In this document: piece by piece, positions 56,097 through 63,492 of the stretch
How the letters are laid out: each line of letters starts with the position of its first letter
Position numbering within the stretch: position 1 is the first letter of the stretch
IMG/VR virus record: IMGVR_UViG_3300044970_000999
Coordinates: 1-63,492 of that record
Length of the DNA: 63,492 bases
Strand: one strand, 5' to 3'
DNA from: a virus
Lineage: Duplodnaviria > Caudoviricetes
Notes under the pieces: model-generated
What the model saw: the letters and a program-made list of their open reading frames with translations, nothing else
What the model was told of the DNA's origin: nothing
The model's database searches: none
Translations under genes and position numbers: made by a program

Positions 56097-56125
56097 AAAA
56101 AGAGGGAGCTGTTACCCTCCCTCTT
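56097..56125 (-). terminator. Rho-independent terminator after the major capsid gene
   Basis: Minus strand reads AAGAGGGAG-GGTAACAG-CTCCCTCTT-TTT, a perfect 9-bp stem followed by T-rich sequence. Confidence 0.85.
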
Positions 56126-56138
56126 ATACTCTGATCTA

Positions 56139-57758
56139 TTATAGAGAGCCACCAGTGATTGGGTTTCTCATAACAATTTTCAAGACTTTTGTAGGGTCTT
56201 TTACCCAGATAGCTGGCATTGTTTGAGACATCATCACACGGTACCCGTTGAATTGTCCAGAAGACTGGAATCCTTGAGTTCTACCCATGTAGTCCATAGT
56301 ACCATTTTGATACCACCACTTCAATTGGTTATCCCAAGAAAGTTTCAACATAAAGATATTATCATTAGTGTTATCAGTGATATCAAAGATGATAAAGCTA
56401 TAAGAAGATAATGGGAAACCATCAATGATTGGGTTCTCAATATCATTTGTATGAACATTGTCAAATGCTGGGTTAAGAACAAACTTAACATTTGCCAAGA
56501 ATGGAATTACATATGAAGTATAAGCAAATCCAAAGTTCAAGTCCATACCTTTACCAGTGATAGCACCAATATCAGCAGCCTGAATTAACAAACCTGATGC
56601 AATAGCTTCTTGTCTAATGGCGTCATTAACCATACGCATACCACCCATACCAGTTTGTACAATAAGAGATCTTTTTGGATCTGGTCCTTGGAACTCAACC
56701 TTACCATTGAAGAAGTTATAGATTTCTCCACGGAATAGGTCAAGAGTAAAGTTATTTTTGTTGTATACTCTTTTGAACGCATTGTTCAATTGTTGCCAAA
56801 GTCCAACAGACAATCTAATATCATCTGGACCATCTTGCTTAACTCTACCTCCTTGTCCCCACATTAAGTAAGTCTCAATGTCAGTTGCAATTTTAGAAAG
56901 GTGAGCTGCTTCCATATTTGTCAAGAAAGTTCTAGACAAATCTCCGTTATCAAATGCTTTTTTAACAGCATCTTTACCCATAACTTTAACCATATCTTCT
57001 AGAGATGTGATTGAAGGATCAGTAACATTTTTGTCAAATGTTCTCCAGATCTCAGTTACAGGAACTGTACCATCTGCATTCATACCACCTTTGATCATTA
57101 AGTCTGCTCTAGAAGAGATAGAATAATGTACGTGAGCCTCAGCACCACCAACAAAGTTATAGTATTCACGGAAACCTGCTTGAGTAATGATGTCAGAGAA
57201 TCTTTCACCATATTCACCTCTTGCAGAACCTTTTCTAAACATTCTAGTTCCATTAGCTAAATACTTGTTTTCCAAGAATTTAGTGTTGTCATTATTTACA
57301 AGTTGAACAGTGTAAATATAACCATTACCTAAAGGAAGAATGTCTTCATCTGTAATGTACATCTCAACCCCATTGTATTTGTCATAAGTGATGATATCAC
57401 CATGTCCAAATTCTCTGCGGCTTAATTTAATTTTGAAGCTTGTTCCATCAATACCTTTAAAAGTATTAAGTGGTTCAATGTCTTCAAGTACATATGGAAG
57501 ATCTGTAGAGACAGGAGTCTGCCACTTATACTCTCCACGAGCATTGTCTACCATAATTACATTTTTGCCACCAAAGCTAGAAAGCTGGTAAAGGGGCATT
57601 TCTACTTTTTGAGCCATAGCCCAAAGGTCTACTGGACCTAAATCCATAGGTTCAGCATCTTTTAACATATTCACTAAGTGATAAGAGTCTACATGCGATG
57701 AAGCTTGGTAGGCTGTATCTCTTAGGAATATCCCATTGTTTAAAATTGGAGTTGCCAT
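56139..57758 (-). CDS. Major capsid protein (Crassvirales type)
   Basis: 539 aa; GEYKWQ, GSARGEYG, GLWQQL, VQTGMGGM, NPAFD, IWVKDPTK. Located after portal and scaffold, with distinct high-expression codon usage and a terminator. Confidence 0.9.
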   Translation of the reverse strand: MATPILNNGIFLRDTAYQASSHVDSYHLVNMLKDAEPMDLGPVDLWAMAQKVEMPLYQLSSFGGKNVIMVDNARGEYKWQTPVSTDLPYVLEDIEPLNTFKGIDGTSFKIKLSRREFGHGDIITYDKYNGVEMYITDEDILPLGNGYIYTVQLVNNDNTKFLENKYLANGTRMFRKGSARGEYGERFSDIITQAGFREYYNFVGGAEAHVHYSISSRADLMIKGGMNADGTVPVTEIWRTFDKNVTDPSITSLEDMVKVMGKDAVKKAFDNGDLSRTFLTNMEAAHLSKIATDIETYLMWGQGGRVKQDGPDDIRLSVGLWQQLNNAFKRVYNKNNFTLDLFRGEIYNFFNGKVEFQGPDPKRSLIVQTGMGGMRMVNDAIRQEAIASGLLIQAADIGAITGKGMDLNFGFAYTSYVIPFLANVKFVLNPAFDNVHTNDIENPIIDGFPLSSYSFIIFDITDNTNDNIFMLKLSWDNQLKWWYQNGTMDYMGRTQGFQSSGQFNGYRVMMSQTMPAIWVKDPTKVLKIVMRNPITGGSL

Positions 57759-57786
57759 TTGATATATTAATTTAAATTGTTACTAA

Positions 57787-59028
57787 TTAAAATCTCTTGA
57801 AGAAACCTCCTCTTGAGATTGTTTTTTGTGGTTTACTTGTTTTTGTTTTATAATCATATTCTCTTTCTTCATTTACAGAAGAAGTAATTTTTCTAGATTG
57901 TTCAGTTTTTAATTGTCTTACTGTTTTCTCTACTGCTTGTTTACTACCCTGTTCTTTAACTTTACTTTTGTATCCATTAGGATCAGCAAGTAACCAAAGA
58001 GCTTCTGCAATTAAATCATGTCTTGGCTCTACAAACTGATACTTTTCTAAAAGGTGGCCTAATAAGTTTGTAGGCTTACCAGAAATAGATGGATAGTTAG
58101 GTTGTATTAATCCAGAGTATAATAATCCTTGAACTCTTTTATCTAATTTAATACCACCAATCTCACCACCTATAAGAGTGTTATATACATTGTCTGTATA
58201 CTGTCTAGCTGCTTCTTCCTGCTGTTCTTTTCTTACTTCTTGTTCTGCAAGTTGTCTAGCAACTATTTCTTCTTGCATTCTATCTAATTTTGGCTTAAAC
58301 TGATTAGCTTTTTGTTGAAGCTTATCCATGTCTTTCCAGTCATTGATTTCATTTTCTATCTCATCTGGTGTTCCAAAATTTGTAGCATATAAGTATTGTC
58401 TTGCAATTTCAGCCTGATCATACTCATCATTTGGATCTAGTTGCCTCATCTCTTCTACTTGAGCAAGAGTTCTAAACAAACCTTTAAGGTCTGTACCACC
58501 ATCTGCTACATACTTAGCTGCATATTGAAGTTCCTCTGGTAAAGATTGAAAAAATTCTTTTGGTGTATTTTCTCTAACTGCATTTTCTCTTTCTTGAAAA
58601 TTTGCTTCAAAAAGTTCACGGAAATCTTTTGTAGTATATTCTTCCAATGGTTTATCATCATCAAAAGGTACTAAAGATCCTTCCTCAATCATTTTTTGTG
58701 CTAATTCAGCAAGACCAGATTTATCAATTTTTGGTCTACCTTTATTACCAGCATCTTCTTCTTGAGTAATTAAACTATCTAGCTCAGCTATAGTTTCTTC
58801 TACTTCTTCTTTCTTTGCTACTTCTTCTTTAGAAGTAGGCTTGTCAAGGAACGTTGTGTCTACTGTTTCTTTAGAAAACATAGACTTAGGTTTTTCTTCA
58901 TCTGCTGGAAGCATAACATTTTCTGCTCCCGGCATGCCAAACATCTCATCAATGTTTACATCTATTTGCTCTACTCTTGTAGAGTCTTGTACCTGATCTT
59001 TTTCAGGTCCTTTTTCTAATTCACTCAT
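57787..59028 (-). CDS. Acidic helical protein between portal and MCP (putative scaffold, gene-77-like)
   Basis: D/E-rich N-terminus, coiled coils and conserved position. Confidence 0.65.
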   Translation of the reverse strand: MSELEKGPEKDQVQDSTRVEQIDVNIDEMFGMPGAENVMLPADEEKPKSMFSKETVDTTFLDKPTSKEEVAKKEEVEETIAELDSLITQEEDAGNKGRPKIDKSGLAELAQKMIEEGSLVPFDDDKPLEEYTTKDFRELFEANFQERENAVRENTPKEFFQSLPEELQYAAKYVADGGTDLKGLFRTLAQVEEMRQLDPNDEYDQAEIARQYLYATNFGTPDEIENEINDWKDMDKLQQKANQFKPKLDRMQEEIVARQLAEQEVRKEQQEEAARQYTDNVYNTLIGGEIGGIKLDKRVQGLLYSGLIQPNYPSISGKPTNLLGHLLEKYQFVEPRHDLIAEALWLLADPNGYKSKVKEQGSKQAVEKTVRQLKTEQSRKITSSVNEEREYDYKTKTSKPQKTISRGGFFKRF

Positions 59029-59050
59029 CTTTGTTGGTTTTGTTTATAAT

Positions 59051-59082
59051 TTAATATACTAAATAAACTTCAAAAATTTATC
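59051..59082 (-). promoter_or_regulatory. Putative phage promoter core TTTAG-TATATTAA (upstream box degenerate)
   Basis: Core matches the other sites, but there is no TTTR at the 20-nt spacing. Confidence 0.5.
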
Positions 59083-59119
59083 ACTTTGAAATTAATTTTT
59101 CGCACTATATAGCTAAGTA

Positions 59120-61867
59120 TTATTTTTCCTTTTTATTCTTTTGAGAATCAAATCTATTTTTATTCTCTTTAGCTATCTCTAATTGCCTATCTGCAATCTC
59201 TTTTTGTGCTTGAATCTTTTCTCTTTCAATATCCATCTTTTGATTTTGTCTGTAGTTTTCATTTACTTGCTTCTCTCTTTGAATATTAGTTTGTTCTTGA
59301 TATTGTTCAGATGATCTTATTTCTTTCATTGCATCAGCATAATCTGACATTTCATTTTTATTTACATCAGCCATAGATCCATAACCTGCTGCTCTAATTT
59401 CTGCAACTAAGATATCTCTTTGTCTATCTTTTTCTTTTTCCATTGCTTGAGCATCAAGTTTCATTTTTTCAGTTTCTTGCTGTGCTTGTATTTGCTGTTG
59501 TTGCAACTGTTGTGCTTGTTGCATTTCTTGCTGTTTTTGTTGTTGTAATTTATCTTCTGAGAATTTAAGAGCATTATTAAGTTCAGCAATAGAGTCTGAC
59601 TGTACAATCTTACCAAGATCATAGATAGATGCTCCGGTGGTATTATTTTGCATAGCCATTTGTTTCAATTGCTCAAGTATTGATCTATGGTTTGCAGTTG
59701 TACTACAGAATATATTTAGATCCCTCATTAAAAGATCAGTACCATTTATTTCAAAATTAACTTTTTCATCTGCTGTAGATGTGTATGTTAATCTTGTAGA
59801 TGGTTTTGTAGAGTTATAGTATTGTGCTAAGTCAGTTCTCATTTGATGAACCCTAGGCATTAAATAATCACAATGTTGTATAAAGAATACTTCTGTTTGT
59901 GCATATGATGCTGCAGCAGCTTGTTCAATACCAGTTGCTGTCATTTGAGATAACTGTTGACCCATTCTTTGTGGATTAACCCCAATTACTTCATATGCTT
60001 GTTGTTTAAAGTGATTAGCTAACTGTATCCTAGACATTAATCTTTCTGTTTGAGATAGATCAAGCTTTTGAAAATGCTGGAAGTTTAATGCATTCTCTGT
60101 ATTTGTAATAGATGTATCTAAAGGTAACATCTGAAAGTTCTTCATTGCAACATATGCTTTAGCATAGTTTCCTTTACCCCAGTCTTCTCCAAGAGAATGT
60201 TTAGGTAGAGTATTCTGATCAAGCATAATAATAGTACCTAACTCATCTACTAAGATATCTGCAATCTGATTGTTTACAATATTATATCCAATCTGATATG
60301 GTTTCATTAAGTCAATAAGTGCTGTAGATTTTGTATTTCTATCTGAGAATACAGAACCTTCTACAGGAAGTTTGCAACCATACAAGCTTTGATCACCTTT
60401 AAATTGAAACTTAAGTGGTCCAATTTTATTCTTTTGAATTCCAATATAAATAGGAGAAAAACCTCCAGGATTATTCATACCCCAGAAAGATGGAATATTT
60501 GGTCCAATTTTAATTCCTCCCCAAACTTCATTAATCCAGATCCAATCTATATGCTCTCCAAATACTAAGTTATCTTTATTTTTATTTTTAAATAATCTAG
60601 TGTCATATATTGGTTTATCTGTTACTTCATACTCTTCTGTAATTATTTCATTAATTACTTCTCCTGAATCAGTAATTTTTGTAAGGTGCCCTACTCTTTT
60701 CTGAGACTTCCAGTATGCTTGGGTTACTCTCAATAAATAAGCTGTACCTTGATCAAAGTAATCTTCACCTTGTGAAAGTATTTGATTTATAATATCTCCA
60801 CCATCAGTAATTGAGTTTGCAACTGCTGTAGTATATTGTCTATATGCAAGAGAAGGCATATTAACATTCCACTCATGAGATTTTGTACCATCATAATATG
60901 TACCGTCATTTTGATAACCACCAACTATATAACCACCTGATCTAATAGGATATATTGCTTCAAGAGCTTTTAACTGCTCCTCACTCATGATATACCCAAA
61001 CTTATCTATTACATCTGACACAGTGAACATGTCTATTTTACCAACCCAGTTACCTTGAGAAATATATCTTACATCTGGTGATTTGTGATAGAAAGTAACT
61101 ACTGGATTCCAAAGCTCTACTTCATAATCATCTTCCATCATTTGAAAATGCCAGAATTCTCTATCTGTAATAAGCATATCTCTAAATGCTCTTTCTTCTA
61201 ACTCATCCATTTTAAATCTTTCAACATCTACTTTATGTTGATGTGAAGACCACTGCTCTATCATTGATCTATAGTCTTTCTTAAAGAACTGTTCAATTTC
61301 AGGAAGTGTTTTTAAATTTTCAGGTGAAAGTTGTTGTTGTGCTTCTTCTGAACTAGGATCTAATCCTTGTTCAAGTAGTGCTGTAGCTATTTTTAATTGT
61401 GCATCTGCTAAAAGAGTTTCTTCTACCATTTTTCTTTTTTCTTCTAGCATCTCATTGTATGAGAACTCATCTACTGCACGGTAAGTTAGTTTAGTAGATC
61501 TTTTAGCAAATTCTGCTACAAGAACATTAATAACATTTGGAATAATAGGATAGAACTTTAATTCTAATGCTGTAGCTTCTTCTCTTGTTAATAGCTCTAC
61601 TATGTCTCTATATTCATTGTTTTCTTCAATGATATAATCTGATCTGTCAATAATACCTTTTGCAAGTTTGTAGTTTTTCATTAACCTTCTTGCATTTCTT
61701 CTTATTTGTTTAAGACCATTCCATTCTAACCAGTCCAAATTCCAAGCAGCCCACTCTTCATTTTTATCTTTTTTAGATAAAAATTGTAAAGGTTGGGTAA
61801 TACTACCCATCCTATTTTGTTCTGTTTTAGCTCCTTTTTTTAACTGTAATGCGTTATATACTTGCAT
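59120..61867 (-). CDS. Portal protein (Crassvirales type)
   Basis: 915 aa; YPIIPNVINVLVAE, WINEVWGGIKIG, SLIDLMKPYQ-like motif, GVNPQRMGQ and a Q-rich coiled-coil tail. Directly follows terL. Confidence 0.9.
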   Translation of the reverse strand: MQVYNALQLKKGAKTEQNRMGSITQPLQFLSKKDKNEEWAAWNLDWLEWNGLKQIRRNARRLMKNYKLAKGIIDRSDYIIEENNEYRDIVELLTREEATALELKFYPIIPNVINVLVAEFAKRSTKLTYRAVDEFSYNEMLEEKRKMVEETLLADAQLKIATALLEQGLDPSSEEAQQQLSPENLKTLPEIEQFFKKDYRSMIEQWSSHQHKVDVERFKMDELEERAFRDMLITDREFWHFQMMEDDYEVELWNPVVTFYHKSPDVRYISQGNWVGKIDMFTVSDVIDKFGYIMSEEQLKALEAIYPIRSGGYIVGGYQNDGTYYDGTKSHEWNVNMPSLAYRQYTTAVANSITDGGDIINQILSQGEDYFDQGTAYLLRVTQAYWKSQKRVGHLTKITDSGEVINEIITEEYEVTDKPIYDTRLFKNKNKDNLVFGEHIDWIWINEVWGGIKIGPNIPSFWGMNNPGGFSPIYIGIQKNKIGPLKFQFKGDQSLYGCKLPVEGSVFSDRNTKSTALIDLMKPYQIGYNIVNNQIADILVDELGTIIMLDQNTLPKHSLGEDWGKGNYAKAYVAMKNFQMLPLDTSITNTENALNFQHFQKLDLSQTERLMSRIQLANHFKQQAYEVIGVNPQRMGQQLSQMTATGIEQAAAASYAQTEVFFIQHCDYLMPRVHQMRTDLAQYYNSTKPSTRLTYTSTADEKVNFEINGTDLLMRDLNIFCSTTANHRSILEQLKQMAMQNNTTGASIYDLGKIVQSDSIAELNNALKFSEDKLQQQKQQEMQQAQQLQQQQIQAQQETEKMKLDAQAMEKEKDRQRDILVAEIRAAGYGSMADVNKNEMSDYADAMKEIRSSEQYQEQTNIQREKQVNENYRQNQKMDIEREKIQAQKEIADRQLEIAKENKNRFDSQKNKKEK

Positions 61868-61869
61868 AG

Positions 61870-63492
61870 TTATTTTATATTTTTAAATGGTGATTTTTTA
61901 AATACTGAACCATTTGTTAATCTACCGTTATTACCCATATGTCTAAATGGACTACTATTTAATTTAAATAAATTTTCTGACTTTTGCAAGTTTTTGGCAG
62001 TATCATCCATAATGATTCTTTTTGCATAACCTCTATTAGATTGTTGAATTCTCATAAATGCAACAAGAGCTGTAAATGATACTAATCTATCCACGTTCAA
62101 ACCCTCTGTATATTCTTGCATTTCTTTAATTAACATAGGATCAGGTATTCTTTCTATGCCATAAATTGTCTTAACTATAGTACCATCTGTTTTAGTTACT
62201 GTATTTAATTCTTCCTTGCAATATTCAATAGCATAACTTAATAGGTGTCCTTTAAATAGATTACCTGTATTTCTCCAACCATACTCTTGGTAAACATTAG
62301 TATTAGAGCCTATATCTTTTAAGAACATAATCTGACTTTTAGGAACAAGATATCTTTGTTTCTTTCTAGATATCATGTACTGTATAAATAAAGACACGTT
62401 ACTTTCTATAAGTGCCCATGCATTATACCACTCTATTATTAGTTCTAATCTCTGATGAGTTTTATTAATATCATCAAATCTACCACACCAAGCAGCTACA
62501 ATTTTATCTTGTTCTATGTAAGTCTCTGATTCTGTGCCAGTATGCTTAGTTACTTGAACTGGAGCTTTCATTACATATATGGAACACAGTGATTCTGAGG
62601 TAGTTGTCTTTCCTTCAGACACCGGGTCAATAGATGCATAATACTGCCCAAATTCTGCATCTTTAATTGGTCTTTCCCATACAACAAGTGTCCCTGTTTT
62701 ATCTTCTAATTTTTTAGATACAGGAAACTGCATAATTGGTAACTTATTAGTTTCTTTTACTTTAGGCTTACCATTCTCATCATAGAATATATCTAAGAAT
62801 TCATATGCATATTCTTTCTCATCTATTCTTCTTTGTTGTGCTGCTACAAGATGTGGTGGAAATATAGATACGGATCTATGTGCAAATGCCTCTTCAATGT
62901 TTCTTGGATGCTGAGATATTCTTAACTGATAGTCTTCAGGAGATAAATCTTTTTTCCATTGCTCAAACTGTTTTTCAAGAGCTTCTAATGCATCTTCTAC
63001 AAGTGAATTACCATACTCATCTATATGTGGAGGCATAGACCATTGCTCAGGAATAAACAAACCTGAGAGACCCTCTGTTCCATTTTTATCTATTAGATTT
63101 GTTTCTACTGCATAAATATCTTTAGATGTAGGATTTAATATCATATCCTTAAGTGGATTACACTGTGATAAATCTCCTACAGATCCTGCAGCTATAAACA
63201 TACCAGTAGTAATTAAACCAGATCTCATTGCTGGTCTCATATATTCATAGGTCTGGTCCATCTTTGGTGCAATACCAGCTTCCTCATGAAAGAAGAATTT
63301 TACTGGACCCCCTACACCATTTGTTGGATCTTTCTCAAATGACATGCCCTGCATTGTACCCTTGAGACCTACTTCATTTTTTCTATCTCCTTTTCTTACT
63401 TCAATCTTTTGTTGCCACATCATTACCTTATGTGGAGTCATTGGTCTATACCATGCAGTGTGTTCATTTAGGAAAGCAGCATATTCATCTAA
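61870..63492 (-). CDS. terL: Terminase large subunit, 5'-truncated by window edge
   Basis: The frame stays open to 63492 (LDEYAAFLNEHTAWYRPMTP...). Walker B-like FFFHEEAG, nuclease YASIDP, IESN and NVDR motifs. Confidence 0.92.
   Translation of the reverse strand, partial: LDEYAAFLNEHTAWYRPMTPHKVMMWQQKIEVRKGDRKNEVGLKGTMQGMSFEKDPTNGVGGPVKFFFHEEAGIAPKMDQTYEYMRPAMRSGLITTGMFIAAGSVGDLSQCNPLKDMILNPTSKDIYAVETNLIDKNGTEGLSGLFIPEQWSMPPHIDEYGNSLVEDALEALEKQFEQWKKDLSPEDYQLRISQHPRNIEEAFAHRSVSIFPPHLVAAQQRRIDEKEYAYEFLDIFYDENGKPKVKETNKLPIMQFPVSKKLEDKTGTLVVWERPIKDAEFGQYYASIDPVSEGKTTTSESLCSIYVMKAPVQVTKHTGTESETYIEQDKIVAAWCGRFDDINKTHQRLELIIEWYNAWALIESNVSLFIQYMISRKKQRYLVPKSQIMFLKDIGSNTNVYQEYGWRNTGNLFKGHLLSYAIEYCKEELNTVTKTDGTIVKTIYGIERIPDPMLIKEMQEYTEGLNVDRLVSFTALVAFMRIQQSNRGYAKRIIMDDTAKNLQKSENLFKLNSSPFRHMGNNGRLTNGSVFKKSPFKNIK

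Noticed and set aside
11556-59819. All other plus-strand ORFs and short out-of-frame minus ORFs in the track (e.g. 24001-24183, 26471-26713, 33493-33741, 49933-50145, 56585-56782)
   Set aside because: They overlap long, well-supported genes almost entirely and contain no recognisable motifs.
61870-63441. ORF-track start of terL at 63441
   Set aside because: The frame is open to the window edge and the N-terminal ATPase part is missing, so the true start lies outside the window.
1-63492. Stop-codon reassignment (known in some Crassvirales)
   Set aside because: Genes are long and tightly packed under the standard code. TAG (52091, 54288) and TGA (42592) serve as real stops next to downstream starts.
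1-63492. CRISPR arrays, tRNA/rRNA genes, DGR template/variable repeats, integrase or IS elements
   Set aside because: Intergenic gaps are under ~120 nt and are explained by promoters and terminators. I saw no spaced direct repeats, cloverleafs, reverse transcriptase or transposase by eye.

Overview
This AT-rich window is the virion-structure and virion-transcription module of a crAss-like phage (Crassvirales), probably infecting Bacteroidota. All real genes are on the minus strand and read in the standard code. In transcription order (right to left) it contains: a 5'-truncated terminase large subunit, portal, an acidic putative scaffold, major capsid protein and a conserved gene-75-like protein. 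Next come nine small Lys-rich proteins plus a micro-ORF, an EndoVII-type homing endonuclease, a ring protein, a Dps/ferritin-like protein and an auxiliary capsid protein. These are followed by Cys-rich hub/fibre proteins, an IHF-like protein, two ring proteins, the muzzle protein and five large cargo proteins. The last gene is a giant ORF of at least 3752 codons (11258 to the left edge) that the ORF track missed: the virion RNA polymerase. Highlights: (1) the vRNAP polyprotein carries a zincin, a canonical DFDGD catalytic loop and an AlkB-like dioxygenase domain; (2) a recurring xxxGG motif is shared by cargo proteins and the basic mini-proteins; (3) the homing endonuclease appears to have supplied a recoded copy of the start of the gene it invaded; (4) a conserved YTTR-N20-TATATTWW promoter motif; (5) one cargo protein holds three peptidoglycan hydrolases and two zincins. 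All family assignments come from reading motifs by eye and from recalled Crassvirales gene order. No database searches were run.
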